Shown: positions 11,500 through 25,848 of the stretch, piece by piece
How the letters are laid out: the number at the start of each line of letters is the position of its first letter
How positions within the stretch are numbered: position 1 is the stretch's first letter
NCBI GenBank assembly: GCA_951406725.2
Contig: OX597825.1
Span: 42,594,001-42,658,000, forward strand
Source: Octopus vulgaris
Taxonomy: Eukaryota
DNA length: 64,000 nt
Direction: 5' to 3'
Notes under the pieces: model-generated
What the model was told of the DNA's origin: nothing
The model's database searches: none
The model's input: only the letters and a program-made list of their open reading frames with translations
Position numbers and translations under genes: made by a program

Positions 11500-13620
11500 A
11501 GACTGTCAAGAAAGACATGATATCTGAGAAAGTGCATGAAGTTGAAGTTGATAAAAGTTTAAACCAAGAATCATATTAAAGGATAATGTTTAATTGGCAT
11601 ATTATGAATCTAGACAACTTACTATACATATATTCCCTTGTTGGAACAAAATTAATGGAAACACTAAATATTGAAGTAAAAGTGGATTTCATTGTAGGTT
11701 ACTGTATGCAAGCCCAATAGTAGTTGACATATTTGTACAGACTACAAGACAAGAGTAAATTCGAATACATTTTCCAATGCTTACTCTTCATCAAACATTA
11801 AAACAGCATTACATAAGATGGCAAATATGAAATATTTTGCAAAGATTAATTTTTGCATGGATCACTGAATTCAAATTTTTGATGAAGCACAGAAACTAAC
11901 AAGTGAATATTCCTCTTGAATTACTGAAATGGAAATGTTTGTCATATTATATAAAAACAACAAATGCTATATTTCAATGTGCTATGGACATTTTATTTGA
12001 AGCTTTTATCATTAAAATGATTTTATCAAGATTTGATATGTCTTAGTGGTGGCACCTTGAACACAAAGTAAAAGCCTTTTTACAGTGACATTCCTCTCAT
12101 GATATGGTTAAGGAAAAGAAAAGTGCCATCTTTCAAGTGGAAAAATTGACCTTTCTAGCATATAAAATTTCAAACATGGTATTCAAACAGTCATTATATT
12201 AGTACAGAAGATATTACACCTAAAAGTCTCAGACAGCAGCAAAGCATTGGACTTATTTTTAAAATGACGCATTTTTATGGTCAGCTTATTTCTATATCCT
12301 CTGAAGAAAATCTATACTTTGAAACCTATGATGAAAGTACTCTAAGTTTTTGTGAAAGAAGCAAGACACCAACATTGCTGAATCATTGAAGAAAGATTTG
12401 GCTGAACCACCCATATTATGGATATTGGATACAACAAAAGGGTTGTAGTTACTGAAGATACAAGTCGATATTCAATATTTGGTGAACTGTCTCAGTACCT
12501 CTGAGAGGCTTTGTTGATTGACCAGATTAATTAAAGAGCTTGTCCTAGGATAAAATTGTTCTTGCAAACTGATAATAAGACTTTAGAATTCACATACAAT
12601 CCCAGAAGAGAGGTGTCTAAAGCAATATCTGTTATTATGTTACAGTTGGGCAATCCATCTGTCTACTTTTAACTCTAATATTCTTTGTTCAAAAAGCAGT
12701 ACAATTCCCCAGATGGATGCTATATTAAGAATAATGATAATTGAACCAATGAAGCCAGTGTAATGCAGACATAATATATTCTTTGGGTGGAAACAGATGA
12801 GCTGAAAATACAAGAATTACAAACTGAAATAAAGAATGATGTACTCTAAATGAATAGATAGAATAATTGCTCAGTACAAAAGACCCTTTACAGCAGTTAG
12901 ATAATGACTCACTGTTGATGATGAGATAGTTTTCAATGGAGATGTTGTACCGACCATCTTGCAACAATTTTTTATAATATATTTTTTTATCCATATACTA
13001 ATTTTTTATCCATCCAACAATTTTTTATCCATACTTTCTGCTACACTTCCATTTTGGAACTACAGTAACTAGAAATAAACTGCAATTAGAAGCATGGTGT
13101 CCTGGGTAACATAATGATATTAAAAGTTATTTTGAATGTTGCCGGATTAAACCCATAGCAAGAGTTACTGAGAAGACCTATTCACATGCATATGTGGACT
13201 GTGGTTATATTTCTGATGGTGATTTGTTACTCATACTTGTTGATGCACTTTTTTAGTTCACCAGAAGTCATTGAAGTTAATGACAATTCTGCTAAAACAA
13301 TGATCAATGTTTTGAGAACTGTTTTGTAAAAACTAGAGTTCCACATATGTTGTTTTCTAATAATGCTGCAGAATTGTCTTGGAAGATCACTAGAGTAGTT
13401 AAAGAAGGTAGGGTGCAAACTCTTTAATATCCCACCATACCATCCATTATTTACTGGTAAATTTGAAAGGATGGTACTGGAAATAAGAGTTAAATACTTT
13501 TCTAAACAATTTGGAACTCTTTGATACCCATTTTTTCATTTATACTATGGTAGCAGTCAATTCCACTTACTGGAAGAAAGGCAAAACCTTCTACATCGAA
13601 GGAATATGAGATACAAATAC
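11500..13620 (+). mobile_element. Heavily decayed Gypsy/Ty3 LTR-retrotransposon pol remnant (RT, RNase H, integrase)
   Basis: Frameshifted motifs in Gypsy order. RT: DEAQKLT/NIPLELLKWKCLSYYIKTTNAIFQCAMD (~11880-11990) and KLTFLAYKIS. RNase H: FLQTDNKTLEFTYNP...WAIHLSTF (~12560-12670). Integrase: LILVDA, SPEVIEV, VPHMLFSNNAAE and PPYHPLFTGKFERMV (~13230-13480). No LTRs recognised. Confidence 0.85.
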
Positions 13621-14899
13621 CTTTAACAGTATTTCTTGTTACTGATGTTTCTCTGTGGTAAGTTTCTAAATCTAGTGCAATTACACCCGAAACTCAATAT
13701 CTTATATAGAGGGCCAGAAATACAACATTGTTGATAAAGAATGACTAGAGCTTTGGTACATAATCATGAAATTAGAAACTGTTCTGAGAGTGATGAGGAA
13801 AATAAAAGATGGTATTTTAAAATAAAATCAGAAGACTAGCGTGCATCAATTGATGAGTGATAATATCCCTTCACTAAATGAAATTAATGTCAATAGCAAT
13901 AGCATAACTCACAATGATGTTAGTGAAAACAAAGGAGTAAACAAAGACGTTTTTCCTAAACAATATTAAGACATAGTATTATTGTTTTATTCTCAAAATA
14001 TAGGAAATGCTTTGCATGACAATGACATGCTTCATAATCAGATGGTCACACAATAAAGATACATATGTTGTTTCTGTAAGGAATTTGTTTTCTTTAATGT
14101 AGGTTTTACATGTAGCTGAACATTTACATGGTATTTCATTTGATGGAACTCAATAGTGGTAAGGACAGCATGAAACAACATCCTGTATCCAGGATTATAA
14201 ATACAATCTATTTTTGCAATAATAGTTTCTTATTAACAACATAACTACAAAAAATTTATTGATAACCACACACATTTCCCTATATTTTAATGACAAAGCA
14301 TTTTTGCATAAACAATGAATGTTATTTAATTTTTTGGATATGTATTTTTCATTTTTATTTTTATATCATTTACACAAAAAATATAAGCTGCTCACTTCTA
14401 TAGATAAAACCTGAACAACAGATAAGAAAATTTTCAATGAGTTATGAACAATAAATAAAATTTACGATAATAAAATAATTTGGTTATCATTTAAGTTATC
14501 AGCAATCAAGATTTCCAAAATCAAATATTTAAAAAAGCAATTACAGAAATTAAGAGAAACTATTTTAATATTAAAATAACTGAAAATTCAGTGTCAAACA
14601 ATCAGAGATGCTTCATTAGAACTGAAAAAGGAAATTAACAAGTTCATTGCGTTTTGATAATTTATTGTTTCTATCTTGGTCATCATTATTTTATCAATGC
14701 CTTGAGTTTGATATTAATTCATGACAGACAGTTTGGAGCCAGTTACTAACAGCAGTAACAGGAAATTACATTATGTATACAAATGTATTGGGTACAAGTG
14801 CAAGAATAGTTTCTATTGTCTTACTTTTCATAATCACAAGTTCTTGCCAATACAGGATTGTTCCTATTGGCTTCAGGACTGTTATCTAGTTTCAGGTCT

Positions 14900-15045
14900 G
14901 CTCTGATTAAGTAGAAGAAATATTCCAAGCCTTTTGTGTCTTTGGTCTTTTGTGTAAAAGAGTACAACAATATAAATTTCCAAGAGTGTTATTTGAAAGA
15001 GTTTAACAGCTATTTCTAGTAAGTTGAGAAATTGTGCATAGGCTC
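14900..15045 (-). mobile_element. Possible hAT transposase C-terminal relic
   Basis: The minus strand reads QFLNLLEIAVKLFQ...YTKDQRHKRL, loosely like the hAT dimerization-domain end (..KTK.RNRL). Very degenerate. Confidence 0.25.
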
Positions 15046-16164
15046 TCATTCAAGTGTAGAAATAGAAAGGTATTAATTGTGGAAATTAAATGAAACTGAT
15101 ACAACTGACAATGATATCTTAGTTGTACATTCATATACCAAGGACTTTGTTGTCTATTTATGTTAACAAACAAATGAGGATGATTGTGCTCCATCACAGA
15201 TGATCTATCTATCTCCACTTGTGTTGGTCTCTTTGCCAACAACTGCTGCTACACTTTTTAAAATATATTTCATGAATCTCTTGCTATGTTTTCCTTTGCA
15301 TATCCTTTCCTTCATTGATGTATTGTTTAGGGGACCAATGGTCTGGAATTCACACAGAATAGTCAGACTATCAAAAATGATGTCATATAATCAAGATTTC
15401 TAGCTTCCACTCAACTCTGCTCTAGAACTTGGTACCTAGATACCATACTGTATTGATGCAAGCTTTTCAACTCTAATAGACTCAGTGCTAAAATAAAGCA
15501 TCAGCATTTGAATTTCAATGTGTAAATGATGTCACAGTTAGCGTGACTTCAGCAGGAGAACTATAGACACTTACCAAGATTTAAAATGACATATGAAAAC
15601 ATGGGCTATTTTTCAACAGAAGTAACACAAAGCTTTTGTAACAACAAGTAGATATTTGGTTAACTATTTGAGTACCTTGACCGACAGTGGAAAATCTAAG
15701 GCATTTCCAGAATCTGGATAGTCCCCTATCACATATGAAGAGATACAAAATTAGAGAAAATGGACCAATGCAACTTCTGGTCATTTGAGAAGCTGGGTAT
15801 ATAAAGATCTTGATATGGAACAAACAACCAAACTTGTGGAGTGTAAGGTAGTTATTGAACCCATTCTCTGAAACCTAGACAAGTACAGAGAATTTGAAAG
15901 ACAGAAATATATAGCAAAAGATAAGTGAAGAAAACCTTGTTCATCCAGTAACAGACTTGAAAGAAGTGATGGAACAAGACAGCAGCTCTTTGCTCTGAAA
16001 CTATGATTTTTATTCTATGGCACTTGACCTGTACTACTGTACAAATGCATGCATAAATGATTAAAAGTACATGTGTATGGCTGTGTACCATAGCCATTGT
16101 TTGGTGCCCCTAGATTTGATATTGTCAGCTTCAGCATTGGCAGTGGTAACAGTGTCATCTTCAT

Positions 16165-16565
16165 TATCGTCATCATCGTTTTAACATACATTTCTATGAT
16201 AGCATAGGTCAGACAAAATTCAGCAAGGCAGAGTTTTTCATCAGCATATGCTGTTCCTGTTATCAAACTTCACCTGTTTTCAAGCAAGTTTTTATTTCTA
16301 TTATTCCTTTGAAAATGATTTCACAGATTACAAATAAACACCACCACATCTATGGTGGGGACTTTTGTTTATAATCAGTGTATGATGTTGAGACAAGGAT
16401 ACAGAAACACACACACTTACACATTCACATATCTATGCACATATATATATATATATATTGGGTTTCTTTCAGTTACCATCTACTATATGCACTCACTAGG
16501 TTTTATTGTCATGGGGTCATTTTAGAAGACACTTGTCCAAAGTTCTGTGCAGTGGGACTGAAACT
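16165..16565 (-). mobile_element. Decayed RTE-tail element and SINE head fragments
   Basis: (CAT)n-like tail catcatcgttttaac...atgatagcatagg and gaagacacttgtccaaag...gcagtgggactgaa match the families above. Confidence 0.55.
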
Positions 16566-18097
16566 GTATTTAACTTGATTGACATGATTCACTCTTGTTT
16601 CAAAGCTTGTAAATTGAATGTGCATCAGTAAAATTAATTGCTGCAGCAATATGCAAATGCCCAGTTTCACCAAAATCTATTTTATCAATATTGGCACTGG
16701 ATAATGAATGTTAAAGATTGAAAAATCCATTCATCACAACCGATGAGAATATTGACTTTGTAATATTCAAAGAAAAATAAATCAAATAACTCAAATAGGC
16801 CAATGGCATAAATTTGGATAATCAAGTTAAAGGCTGATGTACTGAATACTGTACACAAAAAAATTCCTAATTAATTGAAATTTTCTCTTAATTGCAGTAA
16901 CAGAAAAAAAAACATTAGTGGCATTTGTTAGGAGGCTGATAATTTCAAAAAGTTAAGAATAATCTCTCAAAGTTTACACGCTTAGGGCAATGAAAGTCTG
17001 ATCTTCATTTGTAAGGAAGGCACAACTCTAGTTATACTTTATTAGACCTTCTCAGCATAGCAGAGTCAAACCAAGGAATAGGAAAATTTCAATTAGACAT
17101 TTTTGCAAACAACATTTTGTACACAATCCTTTAAATTGATTATCAAAATTCAAACCATTGGTTATTCCAGTTATTTTCCTTTGCACATTTTATTTGTATG
17201 TAAAATTCTGTTAATTGACCAGCAAGTTTGGTTATACTGTGCTAAACTGTGCAATGTTGATGATGTCTAACAGACTAAAACATGTCCAAAGTTATCCCTT
17301 GCCTGTAACCAAAAATAAGTCTTTCTTTCCCCTAAGTATGTACATTAGATTTGAGAAATTAATTTTTAATTTCTTGAAGTTATTTCCTCTTTTGCTTAAG
17401 ATGTACAAACTCTCAAACTCTTGTAAGCTTTTGTTTTCTCTTTCCATCTAAAAGAGTACTTTCAATTAAAAACTTCTTGCATGTGGCATTTTGCACATCA
17501 GCCATTAATTCATATTATAGTCAAATGGACATTCATACACGTTATCAGTATAGTTTATTGCAAGGGATCAGAAGAATAAATATGAGCTCAAGGATTCAGA
17601 TATAGTAAAGACAAATTCAGAAAATATATGTCTGAAACAACATGTAACAATGAAAATACGATTGTTGTCAAAGTTGCTATATCTTTAAATTCATCTCATT
17701 AGCTTCTGTAGAATTTGCTAACAGAGCTTCTCCAAGTGCTACTCAAAAGTTTAATAATTATTATGGACACTATTGTGAACTTTGTTTTCACAATAATTGA
17801 TGCTCTTTCACATCATATTTTATTTAAATTGCTGTTATTTCATATCAATTTAGTATTAAGCTCTTACATCATTAGTTTTCTTGTAGATGGCAAATTGAAA
17901 CTATTTATAAATCATTCAGTTGTTCAGTGAGCATATTGCTCAAAGTTAGAATGTAATAATTTCAAAGAATAGATTTGGTGAGATCTGCCATTTAGCAATA
18001 TGTTAAAAGAACAGGTAACTTAAATCTCAAGCATCACAGCCATCATATTAACATAGTTTATTTGTTAGTGTATGTATGTGTACATACACATGCACAC

Positions 18098-18415
18098 AAA
18101 ATGCCAGCTTCCAAGTCTTGTTTTCTAATTGGGTAAAACTAATACAACTTTAAATTCTGTAACATTTAAAACATTTTTCTGGAACAAGTGAATAACATCA
18201 GATTCAGCAGGAAAAATTACATCAATATACCAAATTTGAAAATTTCCACTTAATTTTCAATTTAAAAAAGTGTGAGCCAAACAGTTTATTGATGTAATTT
18301 TTCATGCTGAGTCCGTCTTTGGGATTCACTTATTCTAAAAAATCATTTGAAAACTGTAACAGAAGTTTGATAATTTTAACCCATTCTGAAAACAGGATTT
18401 GGAAGCTGGCATTTT
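18098..18415. repeat. ~320-bp fold-back (MITE-like inverted repeat)
   Basis: Outer ends aaaatgccagcttccaa and ttggaagctggcatttt are perfectly complementary (17 bp). Inner pairs include gaaaaattacatcaata / tattgatgtaatttttc and aagtgaat / attcactt. Central spacer ~60 bp. Confidence 0.85.
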
Positions 18416-18949
18416 CTGCATGATAGCTATTACAAAATGAAAGTAAAAATATTATGATGATGAAATTTGTATGAAGTTTTTATAAGTTTTAATGAATAAA
18501 GTCATATGAAACAGTCAATCGTTTAAAAAAGAAAAAAACAGTGCAACATTTTTGCAAAAAATTACAAAAAAAAAAGATAAACTGTACGTTAGGATTTTCG
18601 GGGAGAATTTAGGCTTAGAGTTCAGCTTGTTATCAAAGAAATTACATAGTCTAAAAGAACATACACATGGTGATGGCAGTTTGGATAGGAGACTACAGCT
18701 TTGCTTGTTACTATGAAAACAGGCACCAATATATCTGGTTTTTGATTGGCTAAATTTACCCAAAATTTACAAAGTTTAAAAGCTTTTAACTTTTTATTTA
18801 TCACCTTATGGCAAAAATGAAGGTGAAGGTAAAGGACATGGACCGCACTCACTTTCCATTTTTTTTTTCTACAGAAACCCACTTTTTCGACAGTGGGGAT
18901 TCTGAATCTGCAAAAATAAAACAGTAATCTCTTCTTTTTTTCAAATATT

Positions 18950-19290
18950 TTGAATCCAGGTTTGTCCCTTTTAACGGAGCTGGCTGGATCTACTTCATTC
19001 CTACAGCAACCGCTCTCACACCATCTCACCCGATTTTGGGCATCCTCCTTCCTCAAGCCAACCTTCCCAATATCCTCCTCTACTTGTCCCCTCCACGCTT
19101 TCTTTGGTCAACCTTTCGTGGTTCATTCACTCAAGCACTCTCCTCAGAACATGATCCTCATTCCTTCTCAACACATTCCATACCACCGCACACCATTCAC
19201 CCTTGCCAACTGTTCCACCAATTCCTCCAAGCCTAGTATCCCCATCAAGTCCTCAGCCCTCCTTTTAGCCAATAATCTCAGACCTTGAAT
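18950..19290 (-). mobile_element. RTE-clade LINE 3' fragment (different subfamily from 6665-7357)
   Basis: Minus strand: ELVEQLARVNGVRWYG/VLRRNEDHVLRRVL...PKKAWRGQVEEDIGKVGLRKEDAQNRVRWCESG. GC-richer than the flanks. Confidence 0.85.
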
Positions 19291-20686
19291 TTCGATGCCT
19301 AACTCTTTGTCTTCTTTGGTGAACTCTGTTTACATAGTTTATTTGAGGTGTGTTCAAAAGCATTCAACTGACAAACAAGTGGCCAGTATGTTGCAAATGG
19401 ACTCTGTACATTATGTTAAAATTCTTTGTAAGACCCACAAGAGGGTTACCTGTGACAAATATGGGTATGAGAAAGAAAAGGTTCATCAGAGTGGCTCATG
19501 TTCAGCAAAAAGTAAAAAGTGTATAGTTTATGGGGAAAGTGGACACTGAAAAAACAGTAGGTAAGTCATCCAGTTTTAGAAAAATTCTGATTACGTTTAA
19601 ACTTTTAAATTGAAACACCAGTGGAAGAACTTATGAAATATTCTGTTAGTTGGTTTGATATCTGATAATTCTGTATACTAAATTTTTCCATAATGATAAA
19701 ATAGTTTCACATCTCTAAAGGTAATCAAGCAAATACTTCTAATAGAATATATTGCCCATAATGGCTTCAAAATTTTTCTCACATTTCTGTATTTTTATGA
19801 ATGACAATAATCTGTTGGAATCAGTACTTTTATTTCTATTGCCTGCAACAAATGAGGGCAAACCTCTACAGTTATAGGGCATCAGTGCATTGCAAACGTT
19901 TCTGTCTCCAAGTCAATAAATCATTTTTTAAATTCTACTGCTAAAGCCACGGCTTACAGTTGAGCAGAAACCAGGTCCTGGAAAAGACTGAAACAGAGCT
20001 CAGGATACTGGAGCAGCATGTCTATCCAAAACAACAAAACTAAGAGAGGTTTCTTAAAAGCAACAGCAACAATAGAAGCAGTAGCCATATCACTAACTTC
20101 TACTTCAACTATACGCTACATTGCATAGAGACATTCATCTACATGTTTTGCTAGAAGAGCTAATTTATTGATGTTTAGTAGTATTATTGTAAATAAAAGA
20201 AAGAAACAGAAAATAAAATATCATAAAAATATCCATATATATATTCATATATATGGACAGATATATGAATATAATTTATATTGTCATTGAAACTACTACT
20301 TGCTAAGGCAGATAAATAAATATTAAGTAAAATAAATGTAAAACACATTAAATTTAACAATGGAATATAAACCCATTTTAGAAGTAAAGGGTATCTATTC
20401 TGTGCAAAGATTTTGCATTCAGAACATGACATATGTATGAATAAATGAATAAAATGTATATGTTTAAAGTCAGACAGGCTAGACAGTAGTACTAAGAAGA
20501 CAATAGACCAGAGTTCAGTAGATATCCAAAGATGGTGACTGATTCAGCTGACTACCTATGCAAAAGGAATAAGTTACAGAATAGTTGGTGCTTGATGTGA
20601 CATTTGAACATATCAATGAGTAAGACTTTCTCAGATCAATAAAGATGGCCTAGTGGTACATGTCATAGAAAATGAAAAACATGTCA

Positions 20687-20713
20687 CTATATATATATAT
20701 ATATGTATGTATG

Positions 20714-20772
<59 letters not shown>

Positions 20773-20818
20773 ATATGTATATATATATATATATTTATGT
20801 ATATATGTATATATATAT
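20687..20818. repeat. (TA)n/(TATG)n microsatellite
   Basis: Directly visible. Confidence 0.95.
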
Positions 20819-21392
20819 GTTTGAAAGTAGTGTTCACATAAAGTGGTATTATTGATAAAGTTTGATGGCCTCAGTAAAGTAACACATATTAATTTGATTG
20901 GCCTGATGTGCTGTAAAAATTATATACCAGTAGGCATCATTGTAAAATACTGACAACAACTAAGGGGTTTCTTAATGTTTTTATTTGGCTTTATTTTCTT
21001 TATTATTGATTAAAATAAGTGAGAAAAAAGACAACAGCAAGTGTATACTTAGTTAAGCCAATGAGTAAAAGTAAGAAGTGTCATTGAAATAATGAAAGAG
21101 AAGATGAAGGAGTGATAAGGAGAAAAGCAGATAGATAGGAAAAGAGAATATTTTAAATAAGAAAAGAATGGAAAAATACTGAGAAGAAAATGATAAGAAG
21201 AAAAAGCAGAAAATGGTAAAAGGAAGGTACATGATGAAGATACAAAATAGTGAGTGAGTGTGTGTGTGTGTGTGTGTGCACATTGTGTCGTGTGTAAAAG
21301 GGTAAGATGAATAGCAAAAGGAAAAGAACATGGAGAAGGGAATAAAAGAGTGAAAGATAGATTTTAATATAGCTACAAAATATAAGAAAGAC

Positions 21393-21433
<41 letters not shown>

Positions 21434-21764
21434 GAGAGAGAGAGATAGAGCAAAACTGCAAAGTGAAGGGAGAGAGAAAGAAAGATACCTATGATTAGAG
21501 TGAGTGATGTGGAGAGAATGATGAAGAAATGTATGTGAGAAAATTCCACAATGTTTACTGAAATAAATAGAAGCTTGCCTCTCAGCTAGGGCTATGCTAT
21601 ACTGACTTTATTGGAATAAAGTTGAATTATAATGGTGTGGAAGAGATTCAACAGGAAATTAGTTCTACTTGCTTGAAGGGGAAATATGTACGAATGGGAT
21701 CATAGATACTCATACAAACATACCTCTACATATACAAATACACACTCGTTTGTGTGCGTGTGTC

Positions 21765-21798
<34 letters not shown>

Positions 21799-22559
21799 TG
21801 TATGTATGTATGTGCTCTCATAAACATATATTTACACACACACTTGCACACTCAAATATACGATGAACAGATTTGTTTCAAAAGGACATAAATACAGTAT
21901 TTTTTTTTTTTAATAATTCATTTGTAGAAATGATTAATGGAATTTGTTTCATTTAAAATGCAAAGTCTATATATACTTGCCCTTTGCAAATTTCAATGCA
22001 TTTACCTTTTCAGACATAGGGATAAGGACATTTAAGATTTTCTTTGAATTTTCAGTTGAAAATAGATGAATACAGCAAATTATATAGATATATTCTTATT
22101 TAGTATTAGGTTAAGTCCAATTTGGCATAGAGTTTAAATAGAAATGTCTGCATCAGTTACAATAAATGACAAGACCTGAACATTATAGAACGATTATTAA
22201 GAGAACATGGAATAGTAGTTGTATTACTAGAAAAATGCTGACCAGTACTGGATATGAGACAGAAAATTCTTAGCTCTTAACTCCATATATATATATATAT
22301 ATATATGCATCTTTGCGAATAGATGTGAGCTTTTAGGTTGTTAGTTAATATAGATTTAAATGGACATAAAATCATCATCATATATCTGTTTTCCATGCTA
22401 GCATGGGTTGGACCAAAATACATTTGGTATGCTATAACGCAGAAGAAAGTTTGTCAAAAACTATTAACAATGGTTCAGACCAGAAAGAAAATTTAAGAGG
22501 CATTCTCAATTTTTTTTTTTTTTTGAGAATGGAAAACTCTATAATGCACAATTATTATA

Positions 22560-22699
22560 TGTTTCTTTATTACCCACAAGGGGCTAAACATAGAGGGGAC
22601 AAACAAGGACAGACAAACGAATTAAGTCGATTACATCGGCCCCAATGCGTAACTGGTACTTAATTTATCGACCCCGAAAGGATGGAAGGCAAAGTCGAT
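22560..22699 (-). mobile_element. 3' part of a second SINE family (conserved-core type)
   Basis: Reverse complement tcgactttgccttccatcctttcggggtcgataaattaagtaccag...gccccttgtgggtaataaagaaa. The first part resembles, from memory, the conserved central domain of MetaSINE/Sauria-type SINEs. CpG-rich, so relatively young. Confidence 0.65.
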
Positions 22700-23384
22700 T
22701 ATTATAGCTTGTCCATATGTGCTGAAAGATAAAAGGTGAGTGTGTGTTGCATGTATGATATTGAAGTAGAAAACCAATATTGGGTTTACAGTCATTAAAA
22801 ACATACTGCTCTTGAAAGTTATTCTGAATTTGACTTTGTTGCCTGAATACCCAGGAGATGCTCACATGAAACAAACAGTTTTTCAAAATTTGTGAAGGGC
22901 TCTGGAAAACAAGCTTCTTTCCATTTTAGTTAATTTTTTTCTTTTTGTTTTTTTTTTTGCAAATAGTTCAGTATTCAAGATTTAAACTGAACTATGCTTA
23001 CTTTGGATGAATAAAAGAATGCCAACTTGGCCAGCCATTTCTTCAGCATGATCTAAAAAGCATGCGTGCACACTGAGCATTCTATTAGATGGCTGGTTGA
23101 TAATTCTAATGTAAGATATCTTTGTACTTTTATAAACACCAACAAATTTTCTTGTCCTGAATATGAAGTACAAAATGTGTAAATCAGGTTTTGCTGTGCA
23201 AAGAATATCTTTTCTATCATATGATGGGTACTTGTGTCATTTGAGGAAACTATAATGATTTGTGCTGGTATTAATCATGAGTAGATATTACATGTTGTGA
23301 AAAATCTGTCATGATGAAGGCTTTTGTTGTTGTCAGTGGAGTTTTGACTATGATGCAAGAAATAGGGAGTTCAAATCTGGCTAT

Positions 23385-24050
23385 CTATGGAAACTCCCAT
23401 AAGCTAATGATCTATCTCTGACAGGTGAATCTACTAGAATTAGAGAAGAAATTCCAGATGTGAAAGCAAAACCTAGACTCAAGTGGTCTCAAAGTAAACT
23501 TAGCAAAGACAAATGTGTTAGTAAGCAGAAAAGAAGATAGAACCTTGGTTCCATTAAGGAGATAGCTTTGCTTGCTATGCAGAAAGGGAGTAAATAGGGA
23601 CTCCATATATTGTGTCTTGTACAATCTATGAATGGATAAGTGCTGTAGTGGGATCACAGGGAGGATAACAGAGAAATCAGGTTTTGTATGTTGCCGATAC
23701 ACTGAAGCAATAAACACTAAGTGTATGCTAAAAATAGATTCTCTTAAATGCCTGTCAAACTTACCAGATGTAGTAGATAGCTTTTGTTACCTATGTGCCA
23801 TAATTAGGAGTGAAAGTGATTGCTCTGGGTGGTTCTTGAAGTATTCTGATACAGCTGCTGTAATAATATGCAACACACATTTTAAGAAACTAACCATCAA
23901 CCTCTTCATGTGCCAATCTTATGAAGACATGAATTAAATTTTTTTCTCACTAGGAAATGGGACAGGCAGACCATTGTAAATGCTATTCTTTCCTGGTGAA
24001 AAATGCACTATCCAACATAGAACAGTGGTTGGTGACTTCAGATTCGATTA
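23385..24050 (+). mobile_element. Decayed RTE LINE pieces: RT with Cys-rich insert, followed by an endonuclease fragment
   Basis: ANDLSL..ES/ELEKKFQM*KQNLDSSGLKVNLAKTNVLV (YADD region). CLLCRKGV..SIYC...DKCCSGITGR...FVCCRY and VVDSFCYL. Then ICNTHFKK and FPGEKCTIQHRTVVGDF (APE C-terminus). Confidence 0.75.
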
Positions 24051-25269
24051 GGTTGACTAGAGACAGAAGACTATCTGGAGAAGGAAGTCAAAAGCTAAAA
24101 GTTGGTATCACTATGAATTTTTGAAAATATTTAAATCTAACTTCTGGTGTACTTTTTCTTGGAGTTCATCCAAAAAGAAACATTTCGATGCCTCACTTGT
24201 GAAATTAGGATGAATATTTTAGGAAGTGTGACAATTTGAATGATCAGTGAATTGGTTAAAATCTTTTCTAATTGGCTGAAATGAATAATTAGCCATATTT
24301 GTGATGTCATATCTTTGAAACTGCAGTGATAATCATCTTTAAATTATACAATAAAATAATTGTATATAGAATATATGGGATTTCAGGTTCTTGATAATAA
24401 AACTTTTAGCAATTTTAAAAATATTCATGTAAAGCCTATTTTATTGCATGTAACAGTCAGTCAATTGTGCACTGTTTTCAGACCAAACTAAATCCAAAAG
24501 TACAAGCCACAGGGATTTGAGTTTCAGCATGTTTGTAGTAGGTATAGAACTAAATAAATTCTAAGGTTTTGTGACATGGTACCATTTCAATAAAATTTTA
24601 ATGAACTATTAAAAATAGCTATAAATGGTAGAGGTTTGGATTGGAATGTCCACATTAGTTGGATTTTCTCTGCCTTTAACAGGAAGCTTTTCCAATTTTC
24701 TTTTCACTATGGCCTTGGAAATGATGGGGGAAAAATGTGTTTGAATATTTATGATTTTTTTTTCACCCACTCTTCCTCTTTCTTGATAGGAGAAACCTTT
24801 GTCGTAAAAAATTTGAAAATATTTTCAAATGAATGGGTTGTGATTTAAGGGAGATTTAGCTGTTGGTTCTAGTACATCGCACGACTACCTGATACCTTTC
24901 TCAGAGTTGCATGTTGACTTAGATTAAAAAACAAACAAAATATGAAAATAAATTCCTTGCTTTATCATTAAAACATAAATTAAAGGCATCAAAAACATCT
25001 GTAACTTATAGCAAATTTGTTAATTGAAGAGAGAGAAAAAGAAAGCCCAAAATGAATGAACACTACTTGTGAAAAGGTAAAACTTACCTCAAGTTATCCA
25101 ACTGTATTAAAAATCAGGAAGAAAACATCACTTTGGACTTCAATTATCAACAAAATATTAGGTCATTCCTTAAATAATGCAGTTTTTTTTATACTTCTTT
25201 TAATTTTCAAAATTAAGATAAAAAAGTTCTTTTTTAATCTAAAATATACTCTCCTTCATTTTTTTCAAT

Positions 25270-25560
25270 GCTCTTCCATCTATCTAGTAGATTTGCAAGA
25301 TCTATCTTTTAAAATTCACTCGTCCATGATGGAAAATACTCCTCCAGTACTTTTCTGACCTCATCTATAGAATTCATATTTTTTCCGTCCAAAGGATTTT
25401 GAAGACAGTTGAATAAACGATAATCAGATGGGGCAATGTCGGGCAAATATGCTCCAGCCTTTGGAATGTCATCCTCACTGTATGTGGCTGAGTATTACCC
25501 TGATGGAAGAACACCCTTCATCTTGAAACCAAGGTGGTCATTTTTCTTTGGCAATGACTG
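25270..25560 (-). mobile_element. Mariner transposase C-terminal fragment
   Basis: Minus strand AYLPDIAPSDYRLFNCLQNPLDGKNMNSIDEVRKVLEEYF matches the YSPDLAPSDY motif. Confidence 0.8.
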
Positions 25561-25848
25561 TATTGAATTCACAAGAATCTTTTCTTTCTCATGATATAAA
25601 AATCTTGAAGAAAATATGTACTTTTCTTAGTGAAAATGAATAATAAAATTTTCACTTTTATATTTCATAATGATTATGTGACCTACCCCCATCAGTTTAT
25701 ATATCAAAATAAAGCAACAAAAATCTTCATGACTGTATGATTTTTGACACAAATAGAGTTTAATGTGTTGGTGTATTTCAGGCGACATAGTTGTGGTCCA
25801 GTACAGAGAGACAACAAGATAGCGCTGTTAGAAGGAGAGGTTGGGGAG

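Noticed and set aside
12981-13035. Triple attttttatccat repeat in the Gypsy remnant (similar small duplications at 39497, 49706 and 49999)
   Set aside because: Ordinary slippage duplications.
15390-16100. Possible pogo/Tigger relic (ENLRHFQNL)
   Set aside because: One weak motif, no TIRs and no DDE residues identifiable.
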